Source of the DNA: an uncultured Pelagibacteraceae bacterium
GTDB taxonomy: Bacteria > Pseudomonadota > Alphaproteobacteria > Pelagibacterales > AG-422-B15
Reading direction: 5' to 3'
Assembly (NCBI GenBank): GCA_902533965.1
Contig: CACANZ010000001.1
Location: forward strand, 37,160 to 101,159
Length of the DNA: 64,000 nucleotides
In this document: piece by piece, positions 55,427 through 64,000 of the stretch
How positions within the stretch are numbered: position 1 is the first letter of the stretch
Layout of the letters: each line of letters begins with the position of its first letter
Made by a program: the position numbers and the translations under genes
The notes under the pieces: generated by a model
Database searches by the model: none
What the model was told of the DNA's origin: nothing
What the model saw: the letters and a program-made list of their open reading frames with translations, nothing else

Positions 55427-56107
55427 CTATGTCTTTACTGTTCCAGTAGGATGGGCTTTTCCATTAATGACAAGTTTTGGCTCAACACTTACATCAATGA
55501 GTTCAGGTCTTTTAGACAAATAGCTTTCAATAGATGAAAGTGAGGCAATATCATCTAAAAATTTTTCTAATCTTGGAAATTTTTTTATTATCTTTGCATC
55601 AAGTTTTCTTGATAGATCAAGATGGTGAAAAGTTGCAAAATCACATGCTCTTGGAGTATCATCAATAAAAAACCTACCTCCATTTAAATTTATAATTTTT
55701 TCTAATTCTTCAAATCTTGTTTGAAGAAATGGCAACATATCATCTCTTCTTTTTACAAAATCATCTCCCACTGCAAAATTAACTGCAGGATTAAGGGGTA
55801 AAAATAATTCCTGTGCACTTTGTAAAATAGCATTTGCTTTAGCTTCCTGAACAGGATCTTCTAGTCTTAGGCCGGCTATATTCTGTATAAAATTGAGTAT
55901 AGCTATACTTTGACAAATCTCATGTTCATCATCAACTACTATCATTGGAAGTTGTTTGAAGGGTATCTGAGATTTTACTTCCTGCCATTCTTTATCATAG
56001 TAATCCCATGACATGATATAATTGTATTCTATATCAGCATAATGCATGAGCAATTGTGGTGCTTCAGCTAGAGCTCTCATTTTGAAATATATTAGATCAA
56101 TTTTCAT
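55427..56107 (-). CDS. Glutathione S-transferase family protein
   Basis: 226 aa with a thioredoxin-like N-domain (FKQLPMIVVDDEHEICQSIAILNF) and a helical C-domain. Abuts the TauD-like gene with zero gap. Confidence 0.75.
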   Translation of the reverse strand: MKIDLIYFKMRALAEAPQLLMHYADIEYNYIMSWDYYDKEWQEVKSQIPFKQLPMIVVDDEHEICQSIAILNFIQNIAGLRLEDPVQEAKANAILQSAQELFLPLNPAVNFAVGDDFVKRRDDMLPFLQTRFEELEKIINLNGGRFFIDDTPRACDFATFHHLDLSRKLDAKIIKKFPRLEKFLDDIASLSSIESYLSKRPELIDVSVEPKLVINGKAHPTGTVKT

Positions 56108-56956
56108 TTATAATCCGTAAGCTGCAATGGTTGTGCGATGTAAAAGACGCTCTTGTCCTTCATAACCGCCAGTTGCTCGGTGTAATACGCTTCTATTATC
56201 CCACATAATTAACATATCTTTTTTCCATTTGTGACTGTAAACAAATTCATCTTTGCACTGCCACGAACTTAATTCCATGAGTAATTTCATAGCTTCCTGA
56301 TTATCCATACCATCAATACCAATAATATAACCAACTGTACCATAAATACCCTCTTTATTTGTCTCAGGATGATCCTTGATAATAGGATGTAATTGTTGAG
56401 CGAAAGCATCGTCTGACGCTCTTATATCCATGCTTCTTCCCATTTCTTTGTCCTTATCACCGTAACCGCCCCCTGGTGAATAAGGTACAAGAGCTGAGTG
56501 AATTGCTTTTTTACCCTCTAACTTTTTTCTTAATTCTGAAGGCATGCGCTCTAATGCTAAATGTTGGTTCGAAAACAATGTATCACCGCCTTCTGATGGG
56601 ATTATTTTTCCAAATAAACATGTACCTGCTGGTGGATTTTTTTGGAAACTCCAATCAGTGTGCCAATTGTCTGCAAAAATTGGAACTTTTTCATCTGCTG
56701 TTCTTTTAACAGCAATTATATTTTCTCTTCCAGGTATTGAAGCAATGAATGGATCATCTCCAAAAGATCCAAAACAAAGGGTGAAACGCTCTAAGTCATC
56801 ATCAGATAACGCTTGATCTGGAAAACTCAGTACGTGATGTTTAAGCCAATGCTCTCTTATTTCTTTAATTTGACTTTCAGATAGGTCTTTTTTTAAATCA
56901 ATTCCAGAGATCTGAGCACCACAAGATTGACCTAATTTTTCTACTTTTAAACTCAT
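56108..56956 (-). CDS. TauD/TfdA-family Fe(II)/2-oxoglutarate dioxygenase
   Basis: 282 aa with the HxD motif in NWHTDWSF, a distal His (VLHRATG) and Arg (RLLHRTT). Confidence 0.88.
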   Translation of the reverse strand: MSLKVEKLGQSCGAQISGIDLKKDLSESQIKEIREHWLKHHVLSFPDQALSDDDLERFTLCFGSFGDDPFIASIPGRENIIAVKRTADEKVPIFADNWHTDWSFQKNPPAGTCLFGKIIPSEGGDTLFSNQHLALERMPSELRKKLEGKKAIHSALVPYSPGGGYGDKDKEMGRSMDIRASDDAFAQQLHPIIKDHPETNKEGIYGTVGYIIGIDGMDNQEAMKLLMELSSWQCKDEFVYSHKWKKDMLIMWDNRSVLHRATGGYEGQERLLHRTTIAAYGL

Positions 56957-57024
56957 AACTAAGTATACTTTGTCAATATGAAATAGCTATTGAAATAGAC
57001 AGGTGTGAGCATAGTTAGTTTATT

Positions 57025-57327
57025 ATGTATATCGCAATGAATAGGTTTAAAATTATTAAAGGTAATGAAGATATTTTTGAGAACCTCTGGAAAAATAGGG
57101 AGTCCTATCTTGATGAAGTAGAAGGATTTCTTAGCTTTAATCTAATAAAAGGTAAATCTCTCAGCGATCATACTCTTTATGCATCTCACAGTACTTGGAA
57201 AAGTGAAGAAGATTTTATATCTTGGACAAAATCTGAGTCATTCAGAAAAGCTCACAAAGATGCAGGATCTAATAAAGATCTCTATCTTGGCAATCCTCAA
57301 TTTGAGGGTTTTAATGTTGTACAGTAA
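57025..57327 (+). CDS. Antibiotic-biosynthesis-monooxygenase (ABM) domain protein
   Basis: 100 aa. MNRFKI...FENLW...GFLSFNLIKG...YASHSTWKSEEDFISWTKSESFRKAH is typical of the ABM/HmoA-like ferredoxin fold. Confidence 0.8.
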   Translation: MYIAMNRFKIIKGNEDIFENLWKNRESYLDEVEGFLSFNLIKGKSLSDHTLYASHSTWKSEEDFISWTKSESFRKAHKDAGSNKDLYLGNPQFEGFNVVQ

Positions 57328-58771
57328 TATAACAAATATCAATAAATTTTTAATTTATATTCTTGTTCTAATAATTATTTGTAACATTGCTAAAGCAGAT
57401 TTTTTTGAAAATATAACAGGTATAATAGAAGACAATGATGAACGTCTAAGCTATGGGATTTCAGTGAATGATATCACAAACGACGGCAACTATGAACTTG
57501 TCGTTACTGGATTTGGTACAGACAATCTTGCTCTAAGTTATCGCGATGGGGTATTAAAAAATATTATAAAAGACGAGAGCTTTTCTGACTCTAATCGCAG
57601 AACTATTGGAGTAGTAGCTTGCGATATTGATCAAGATGGTTATGAAGAGATTTATTTTCTTAATACAGATACATACAGTGGAAATAAGTTGTATTCAGAT
57701 CGACTTCTAGATTTTGAAAATAGTGAAATAAATGACTTATTTTCATTAGAAAAGAATAAGAAGGACCTCAATTATACCGCTGGCAGATCAGTTGCATGCG
57801 TAGATCGTCAAGGAAATGGTAAATACGGAATATATGTTTCAAACTATGGTGGGCCTACACGTTTTTACGAACTTGAAAACAATACAGTAGTTGATCAAGC
57901 ACCAAATTTACAAATAAATAGGGTTACAGGTGGTAGAGCAGTTGTAGTTGGAAATATTGTATCTGAAAAGAGTGATATTTTTGCAGCTAATGAACGTGGA
58001 TCAAATTTTCTGTATGTAAATAATAATGGGAAGTTTATCGAAGTTGCAAAAAATTATGGAATTGATGATGAATTGCAAAATGGACGTGGCACCACACTAT
58101 CAGATATTTTTTATGATGGAGAGTTGGATATTATTAATGGAAATTGGAAGGGATATCACCGTGCTTATGTCAAAAATAATGATAGATTCATAGATATAGC
58201 TAATAAAGATTTTAGAGCTCCAACAAAAGTGAGGACAGTAATATCTGCCGACTTTGATAATGACGGATATGACGAAATATTTTTTAACAACATTGGAGAG
58301 CCGAATAAGCTTTTTAGAATTAACGACAATGGTGAATTTTTAGAGTTACAACTCAATGAAGCGTTAGAGCCCAATGGGTTAGGTACAGGTGCCGCAGTAG
58401 CTGATATTAATAATGATGGGGTATTAGAATTATTAATTTCTCATGGCGAAACAGCTGAACAGTCACTCTCATTGTTTAGGGCTAATGTGCAAAAAAACCA
58501 TAAATGGATCAGGATTTTACCAAAAAATATTTTTGGTGCCCCTGCAAGAGGTGGAACTGTAACTCTATATACAAATCAACGAACTCATGCAAAAACTATA
58601 GATGCGGGCTCAGGTTATCTTTGCCAGATGGAGCCAATAGCTCATTATGGTATTAGAAATGGAGAGATTATAGAAAAGATAGTTGTTACTTGGACGGATG
58701 GCACTTCTTCAGAGATTGGTGAATTTGATTTAAATCAAACTATAGAAATCAGGCAAGACGCGGCTTCTTAG
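57314..58771 (+). CDS. Secreted FG-GAP/VCBS-repeat protein with a C-terminal ASPIC/UnbV-like domain (CRTAC1-like)
   Basis: Start moved to ATG 57314 (MLYSNITNINKFLIYILVLIIICNIAKA signal). The ORF-track start at 57179 lies inside the ABM gene. DxDxDG-type repeats are present (DITNDGNYE, DIDQDGYEE, DFDNDGYDE, DINNDGVLE). The C-terminus IRILPKN...GGTVTLYT...DAGSGYLCQMEP is UnbV/ASPIC-like. Confidence 0.75.
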   Translation: MLYSNITNINKFLIYILVLIIICNIAKADFFENITGIIEDNDERLSYGISVNDITNDGNYELVVTGFGTDNLALSYRDGVLKNIIKDESFSDSNRRTIGVVACDIDQDGYEEIYFLNTDTYSGNKLYSDRLLDFENSEINDLFSLEKNKKDLNYTAGRSVACVDRQGNGKYGIYVSNYGGPTRFYELENNTVVDQAPNLQINRVTGGRAVVVGNIVSEKSDIFAANERGSNFLYVNNNGKFIEVAKNYGIDDELQNGRGTTLSDIFYDGELDIINGNWKGYHRAYVKNNDRFIDIANKDFRAPTKVRTVISADFDNDGYDEIFFNNIGEPNKLFRINDNGEFLELQLNEALEPNGLGTGAAVADINNDGVLELLISHGETAEQSLSLFRANVQKNHKWIRILPKNIFGAPARGGTVTLYTNQRTHAKTIDAGSGYLCQMEPIAHYGIRNGEIIEKIVVTWTDGTSSEIGEFDLNQTIEIRQDAAS

Positions 58772-59481
58772 TTTGCCATCTGGATAAAAATATCTCCCAT
58801 ACCACCTTTTACTTCCTCAATTGGCTGATTATTTCTAAATTCACAAAATTGTCCTGTCGTTTCGTTTGAAGCAATAGAAATAAGTTGGCTCTCGGTACAT
58901 TCTGCTGCATTGTGTAATAGTCCAATTACAAGATCGTCATCGACTGTAAATACTTGGTTTTTATCAAGTTTGTTTTCATTGCAGAAGTAGTTTCTATTTA
59001 CTTCAATTGGAAAGTTATCCTTTTGACACGGATCTTTAATCGTTAAAACATTTAATTCAAAATCTGTTTTATCGAAAGTGAATTTTACTTTTCTGGTCTT
59101 TGCGTATTTCATAAGATCACATGAACAAGGTAAACAACATCTATAATATTCTCCACACATTAATTTGTTAGTCTCCTCCTCATAAATTTTTACTAAATCA
59201 GGAATTTCACCTGGATCAATTAATGAACCAGATACAGCGCAGTAAAGTTTATTGTACTCTATGAAATCACCGATCGCTAAACTCTGTTTTAATGCAAAAT
59301 TAAAAAATTTTGGACCAGCGGCGTTTCTATTCTTGTCAGGAAATATACTATTCCACGACTCAAGCAGTTTTTCATAATATTTTTGACCTATTTCAACAGT
59401 CTCTAAATTATCATCAGCTTTTACATTCATTGTAAACATCAAAAAGATAATTACTAAAATTTTAATAAAATTATCTCTCAT
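58768..59481 (-). CDS. Secreted cysteine-rich protein (10 Cys), function unknown; possible YHS/TRASH-like metal-binding motif
   Basis: 237 aa with a signal peptide (ILVIIFLMFTMNVKA-DD). YCAVSG...(about 25 aa)...CGEYYRCCLPCSCDLMKY loosely resembles the YHS motif C-x-x-G...YYFCSxxC. ATGA overlap with the upstream photolyase-like gene. Confidence 0.75.
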   Translation of the reverse strand: MRDNFIKILVIIFLMFTMNVKADDNLETVEIGQKYYEKLLESWNSIFPDKNRNAAGPKFFNFALKQSLAIGDFIEYNKLYCAVSGSLIDPGEIPDLVKIYEEETNKLMCGEYYRCCLPCSCDLMKYAKTRKVKFTFDKTDFELNVLTIKDPCQKDNFPIEVNRNYFCNENKLDKNQVFTVDDDLVIGLLHNAAECTESQLISIASNETTGQFCEFRNNQPIEEVKGGMGDIFIQMAN

Positions 59482-60917
59482 CTACTTCTTCTTCCAAGTC
59501 GGCTTCCATGTTTAAGATAGACTTGTTTTGCTATACTCTTAAATTGATCACTTTTTCTAATATTCCAGATTTCATTTCGAGCAAAGTCAGAAGATAATTT
59601 AGGGTCGACAATTTTTTCAGGATATTTTGATTTTATGCTAGCGTTATGAATATTTTCAATATTCTCAAATTTGAGTTGAGGAAATTCCTCTAAAATAAAC
59701 TTTGCTTCAGGATCCTGATCAATGCTTTGTTTTAAAACTGAATAAATTCTTGGAAGATTAATTCCAGTTACACCACTTTGCATTTGAACTTGGCTTATGT
59801 GTATTCCAGGCTCATAATCAACGAACAGCTCCGCTAAAAGTGGAGAAGTTTTTTGCCAAGGCTGCCAGAGATTATATGAGGCAAAAGACATAATCATCGC
59901 TCTCATTCTAAAATTAATCCAACCATATTTTCTAAGGTATTGAATGCACGCATCGAGAAAAGGGAAACCAGTCTCACCCAGGATCCATTTTTCAATTAAT
60001 TCATTGTTTTCAGTTAATCTGAGTGTATCGCACATTGCATGCATACTATTAAATTCAATGTTTGGCTCAGTTTCTAATTTCTGGATAAAATGGCAGTGCC
60101 AATAAAGTCTTTTTTTAAATGAATATAAGTCTGATTTATATTTAGAAGATAATAATTCTCTTTTTAATTTTTTATAGACATATCTCATAGAAATTGTTCC
60201 AAATGCGAAGTGTGAGGACAACCTTGAGCAGTGATCAACTGCATCCATAGGGCTTGACATCTTTATTCTATAATTATTACACCTTTCTTGAAAAAAAGTG
60301 TTGAGTAGTTTTTCAGCAGCTTCGGATCCACCGGGTTGAATTTTAATAAAATCTCTTTGATGTGAGTCAATTTTAATTTTAATTAGTTTATCAAGTGAGA
60401 TTGTGAAAAATTTTTTGTCAATTCTACAATATTTATTAGGCTTTGGGTTATCGCACATATTTTCATTCATTTGAGCATTCCATAACTTTGACCATTGATC
60501 GCGATTAATATTAGTTCTTTGAACTCCAAAATCTCTAAAAACATTGACGTCATATTTCTTATTTGCATTAATGAGGCTGCTGATTTGGGAATTATAGTAA
60601 TTGATATCAGTAGAATGATTAAAATATAAATTATATTGACTGTTGCTGTTCACCAAAGATTTATAAAATTCTTTGTAATCTCCAATAAATATCTCAAGTC
60701 TTGAATTCAGGTTTTTTAAATTTTGATCCAGCTCTATGAGACAATCTTTCAAAAAATACAATTGCCGAATTGATTTTCCATTCCCCTGCCAATATTTTGG
60801 ATCATATATATAAATACATCTATATTTTTGTCTAATAGATCCATGATATAAAGCCTCATTGTCTTTTGTTCTTAAATTTCTATGAAAAATTATTAAATCT
60901 GTTCTATTAGAAGACAT
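59478..60917 (-). CDS. Cryptochrome/photolyase-family flavoprotein (subclass undetermined)
   Basis: 479 aa with an N-terminal photolyase alpha/beta domain (LIIFHRNLRTKDNEAL). The FAD domain motifs are SRLSSHFAFG, TGFPFLDACIQYLRKYGWINFRMRAMIMSFAS and YEPGIHISQVQMQSG. Confidence 0.85.
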   Translation of the reverse strand: MSSNRTDLIIFHRNLRTKDNEALYHGSIRQKYRCIYIYDPKYWQGNGKSIRQLYFLKDCLIELDQNLKNLNSRLEIFIGDYKEFYKSLVNSNSQYNLYFNHSTDINYYNSQISSLINANKKYDVNVFRDFGVQRTNINRDQWSKLWNAQMNENMCDNPKPNKYCRIDKKFFTISLDKLIKIKIDSHQRDFIKIQPGGSEAAEKLLNTFFQERCNNYRIKMSSPMDAVDHCSRLSSHFAFGTISMRYVYKKLKRELLSSKYKSDLYSFKKRLYWHCHFIQKLETEPNIEFNSMHAMCDTLRLTENNELIEKWILGETGFPFLDACIQYLRKYGWINFRMRAMIMSFASYNLWQPWQKTSPLLAELFVDYEPGIHISQVQMQSGVTGINLPRIYSVLKQSIDQDPEAKFILEEFPQLKFENIENIHNASIKSKYPEKIVDPKLSSDFARNEIWNIRKSDQFKSIAKQVYLKHGSRLGRRSR

Positions 60918-60985
60918 TTTATATAGATATAGCTGTATCTACTTAAATCAAATTTTAGTCTAATACGGTATTTTAGATAATTTTT

Positions 60986-61061
60986 GGTGGGCCCACTAGG
61001 ACTCGAACCTAGGACAACTCCGTTATGAGCTATGAGCTTTAAACTTTGAGCTAGGGCATGT
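60986..61061 (-). pseudogene. Degenerate copy of the neighbouring tRNA(CAU): perfect 3' half, decayed 5' half (att-like remnant)
   Basis: 60986-61031 is identical (46/46) to 61574-61619, which spans the anticodon loop to CCA. The adjoining 30 nt match the tRNA 5' half at only about 19/31. Acceptor, D and anticodon stems can no longer pair. Confidence 0.8.
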
Positions 61062-61131
61062 AATAAATTTTAGTCTGTAAATATTAAGTTTTTATTGTTA
61101 CTTACGACTGAATGATGATACTTAAAATTCA

Positions 61132-61458
61132 CTAGCAGTTCTTTTTTGCTTTTAAATTATAGAGGACATCAAGTCTTTCTTCACCAGCTTCAACAGCTTT
61201 ATTTACATTCATATATGTTGCAGCTAAACCAGGTAACCAAAATAACGTAGCAGCTATGTTTGTTCCAGTTAACCCTCTCTCTTCTTTCGCATCTCTAATC
61301 ACTTGTTCAGTTCTGTAAATCTCATCATCTAATTGAGAGCATGATTTGTCTGCATCACCATATTGTCTTGACTCTATTACATGGGGTTTAGCACAAGAGT
61401 AAATAAATAGAAGAGTTACAAAAGAGATAATTATTTTTTTCACAATCAAATAATACAT
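61132..61458 (-). CDS. Small lipoprotein, function unknown
   Basis: 108 aa with a signal peptide and lipobox IYSC. It is the only gene between the two tRNA 3'-half repeats. Confidence 0.7.
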   Translation of the reverse strand: MYYLIVKKIIISFVTLLFIYSCAKPHVIESRQYGDADKSCSQLDDEIYRTEQVIRDAKEERGLTGTNIAATLFWLPGLAATYMNVNKAVEAGEERLDVLYNLKAKKNC

Positions 61459-61573
61459 TTTATAGATCTAATAGCAATGATATATTTTTAATATAATTGA
61501 TGACCAGATGAGTGTCTGATCCTGTTTCGAAAAATAAAAGTTTGGAATATACGACCTAAGTCATTGATGTACA

Positions 61574-61650
61574 TGGTGGGCCCACTAGGACTCGAACCTA
61601 GGACAACTCCGTTATGAGCGGAGGGCTCTAACCAACTGAGCTATGGGCCC
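61574..61650 (-). tRNA. tRNA with CAU anticodon (elongator Met or lysidine-modified Ile2; not initiator), CCA encoded
   Basis: The reverse complement GGGCCCA-UA-GCUC-AGUUGGUUA-GAGC-C-CUCCG-CUCAUAA-CGGAG-UUGUC-CUAGG-UUCGAGU-CCUAG-UGGGCCC-A-CCA folds as a canonical 77-nt cloverleaf. G1-C72 is paired and the anticodon stem has no GGG/CCC, which argues against fMet. C4/C5 in the acceptor stem is compatible with Ile2. Confidence 0.93.
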
Positions 61651-61690
61651 TTATAAAACTTTTATACACAGAGAATTGTAGTCTTACAAA

Positions 61691-63706
61691 CTAGTTTTTA
61701 TCTAGGAAGCTTTTTAAAAGCTTTGCACGAGTTGGGTGCTTTAATTTTCTGAGCGCTTTTGCTTCTATCTGCCTAATTCTCTCCCTAGTAACTGAAAATT
61801 GTTGTCCAACTTCTTCAAGTGTATGGTCAGAATTCATACCAATACCAAATCTCATTCTCAATACTCTTTCTTCACGAGGGGTTAAAGATGATAATATTTT
61901 CGTAGTGGTTTGTCTCAAATTAGAGTGAATTGCTGCATCGATTGGAATAACAGCATTATCATCTTGTATAAAGTCACCTAAGTGACTGTCTTCTTCGTCA
62001 CCAACTGGAGTCTCAAGGCTTACAGGCTCCTTTGCAATCTTTAGAACTTTTCTGACTTTCTCAAGTGGCATATTTAATTTTGTAGATATTTCTTCAGGTG
62101 TTGGTTCTCTTCCTATTTCATTTAGAAGTAACCTTTGCGTTCTTACAATCTTATTGATTGTTTCTATCATATGCACCGGTATACGGATAGTTCTAGCTTG
62201 ATCCGCTATTGATCTAGTAATCGCCTGTCTGATCCACCAAGTTGCATAAGTTGAAAACTTGTAGCCTCGTCTATATTCAAATTTATCCACCGCTTTCATT
62301 AAACCGATGTTACCTTCTTGTATTAAGTCTAAAAATTGCAAACCCCTATTCGTATATTTTTTTGCAATAGAAATTACTAATCGTAAGTTAGCTTCAATCA
62401 TTTCTTTTTTTGCAATACTTGATTCACGCTCACCTTTTTGTACATTACTAACAATTCTTTTAAATTCGTTAAGTGTTAAACCTATATTACTTGCGGCTGC
62501 TCTAACCTCGTTCATTATATTTTTGATATTATTTTTTTCCTCTTTAACAAATTTTTCCCATCCAGAAAGTCTAGTAATCTTTCTTAACCAATAGGGATTA
62601 TTCTCATTTCCAATATATTTATCCAAGAATTCATCTCTTGAAATCTTATATTGAACTGCAAGTCTTAATAATTTGCCTTCCAGAGAAACAATTCCTTTAT
62701 TAATTACGTATAACTTGTTTATTAGTTCTTCAATTTTATTTGTATTTATTTGCAAACCTTTAATCAATTCAACAACAACAGCCTTTGAAGCCTGATAGCT
62801 TTTTTCAGATCTTGAGGGAAAATCTTTACCCTTTTCCTGAAATGCAATTTTATCCTTTTGTAACTTTTGTAACTTTTTAAAACTTTTATTTAATTTTTTA
62901 AATGTTTCAAGGATCTGAGGCTTGAGCTCTTCTTCCATTATTGCAATTGAAACATTTAATTCATCATCAGCATCTTCGTACTCCTCAATCACTTGATCTG
63001 AGGTAGTTTCAATCATTGGCTCCGTATCATCACCGTAAGTAGAAGATTTTTTTTCAGCCTCTTTTCTTTTTCTAATTTCTTCTTTTTCTTCTTGTTCTTT
63101 TCTTTTTTTTGCTTCTTTTATTTTTTTACTTAGTTCTTTTTTATTTGGAGACTCCTCAAACAATGACTCAAGATCAATAACTTCTCTCAAGGTTATTTTT
63201 TCAGCAATTATATCATCTCTCCAATCAAGTATCGCCTGCAGAGTGAGTGGACTTTCACATAGTCCAGAAATCATCGCTTCTTGACCAGCTTCAATTCTTT
63301 TAGCAATTGCAATTTCACCCTCACGAGATAGTAGATCAACTGTACCCATTTCTCTAAGATATAACTTAACTGGATCATCTGTTTTTTCTGTTCCTGATTT
63401 TGCGGATGGTGATTCGTCATCTTTATCGTCTTCATTATCAGAGTCGTCAGAGTCAATAATATCAAATCCTACTTGAGATAGCTTCGTTGTATATTGTTCA
63501 ATCTGTTCAGATGTAAATTTTTCCTCAGGAAAAGACTTTTTGATTAATTCATTTGTGAGATAACCATCCTTTTTACCTTGCTTAATAAGCTTTTTGATTA
63601 TTGATTTTTCTAAATCTAGGACAGGACCATCTTGATCACTTGCTTGTGCCTGTAAGCTTTCAGCTTCAGCTTTGACCTGCTTTTTTTTTCTACCTCTTTT
63701 TTTCAT
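61691..63706 (-). CDS. rpoD: RNA polymerase primary sigma factor (sigma-70)
   Basis: 671 aa with an acidic region 1, a long non-conserved spacer, region 2 ([37 protein letters not shown]) and region 4 ([27 protein letters not shown]). Confidence 0.96.
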   Translation of the reverse strand: MKKRGRKKKQVKAEAESLQAQASDQDGPVLDLEKSIIKKLIKQGKKDGYLTNELIKKSFPEEKFTSEQIEQYTTKLSQVGFDIIDSDDSDNEDDKDDESPSAKSGTEKTDDPVKLYLREMGTVDLLSREGEIAIAKRIEAGQEAMISGLCESPLTLQAILDWRDDIIAEKITLREVIDLESLFEESPNKKELSKKIKEAKKRKEQEEKEEIRKRKEAEKKSSTYGDDTEPMIETTSDQVIEEYEDADDELNVSIAIMEEELKPQILETFKKLNKSFKKLQKLQKDKIAFQEKGKDFPSRSEKSYQASKAVVVELIKGLQINTNKIEELINKLYVINKGIVSLEGKLLRLAVQYKISRDEFLDKYIGNENNPYWLRKITRLSGWEKFVKEEKNNIKNIMNEVRAAASNIGLTLNEFKRIVSNVQKGERESSIAKKEMIEANLRLVISIAKKYTNRGLQFLDLIQEGNIGLMKAVDKFEYRRGYKFSTYATWWIRQAITRSIADQARTIRIPVHMIETINKIVRTQRLLLNEIGREPTPEEISTKLNMPLEKVRKVLKIAKEPVSLETPVGDEEDSHLGDFIQDDNAVIPIDAAIHSNLRQTTTKILSSLTPREERVLRMRFGIGMNSDHTLEEVGQQFSVTRERIRQIEAKALRKLKHPTRAKLLKSFLDKN

Positions 63707-63707
63707 T

Positions 63708-64000
63708 TTAATTTTTACTTAGGCTTTCTTTTTTTATTCTCATAAAATTTTCAAAGCTTTTTTCGTCCATTTTTTCTTCTAAATCATTCAAAGCAATCTC
63801 TAGGTCACTTTCTTCAACTAAATTTTTATGTAAATCTAAAAGATTGATAAAGCTTCGTTCTACCTCCACCTTTTCATTATTAATGATAGAACTATAAGTG
63901 CTTAGTAGCTTTGGTTGAAATATGTATGTTATCTCCTGAATTAATCCCTTATCGGTTAAATAAGACTTTAAATCAAAGTTTTCAAGCTCTTTATCAATAT
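63708..64000 (-). CDS. dnaG: Probable DNA primase DnaG, C-terminal 97 codons (gene continues past the right edge)
   Basis: My minus-strand translation is [27 protein letters not shown]...[22 protein letters not shown], ending 1 nt before the rpoD ATG. The call rests mainly on the conserved dnaG-rpoD synteny, because this C-terminal domain is poorly conserved. Confidence 0.5.
   Translation of the reverse strand, partial: IDKELENFDLKSYLTDKGLIQEITYIFQPKLLSTYSSIINNEKVEVERSFINLLDLHKNLVEESDLEIALNDLEEKMDEKSFENFMRIKKESLSKN

Noticed and set aside
57179-57313. N-terminal 45 codons of the 530-aa ORF-track model for the FG-GAP protein
   Set aside because: This part overlaps the ABM gene in another frame and contributes no sensible N-terminus. 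The Met at 57314 yields a canonical signal peptide.
43603-60985. Possibility that the whole auxiliary-gene block is a tRNA-linked genomic island
   Set aside because: No integrase, transposase or mobility gene is present. I could spot no further copy of the tRNA 3' half at the left boundary. Composition does not visibly differ from the core region. The genes look like ordinary streamlined-genome metabolism.

Overview
This is a very AT-rich, gene-dense window (about 67 genes; most neighbours abut or overlap by 1-19 nt). It looks like a streamlined marine alphaproteobacterium of the Pelagibacterales/SAR11 type. That assignment is an inference from composition, N/K/I-rich proteins, thyX, a two-piece tmRNA and gene order, not from any search. 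Coordinates 1-43.6 kb are core housekeeping: mreB (partial), leuA, ilvC-ilvH-ilvI, miaA, degP, yjeT-like, hflC-hflK, apbC/mrp, thyX, a permuted tmRNA, fumC, an RHH protein, uvrD, pepP, ligA, bamD, lpxC, a complete dcw cell-wall/division cluster, RNase P RNA, an amidase, an EamA transporter and mlaA/mlaC. Coordinates 43.6-61 kb hold auxiliary or poorly characterised genes. These include a rhodanese, a TIGR03643-like protein, two methyltransferases, two GST-like proteins, a BT1-type transporter, an SRAP, an OYE-type flavoenzyme, hydrolases, a TauD-type dioxygenase, two ABM-fold proteins, a CRTAC1-like FG-GAP protein, a secreted Cys-rich protein and a photolyase/cryptochrome homologue. The window ends with a tRNA(CAU), rpoD and the 3' end of dnaG. 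I found no CRISPR array, transposase, integrase, phage gene or recognisable defence system, and I cannot point to a convincingly novel multi-gene system. The signals most worth a second look are: (1) ftsZ moved from the ftsA-lpxC slot to between mraZ and rsmH. (2) A near-perfect 117-bp tandem repeat in the FtsZ linker. (3) Five TGGG boxes at exact 10-bp phasing upstream of mraZ. (4) A Leu-codon-rich leader ORF ending inside a hairpin upstream of leuA. (5) A 46-bp perfect copy of the tRNA 3' half, an att-like scar, bounding a 542-bp insert. (6) A translationally coupled cassette: BT1 transporter, 55-aa membrane protein, zeta-GST-like protein and an unknown 440-aa protein. (7) A photolyase-like gene coupled to a secreted Cys-rich protein. 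All calls rest on reading the sequence and ORF translations by eye. RNA ends and start codons are approximate.
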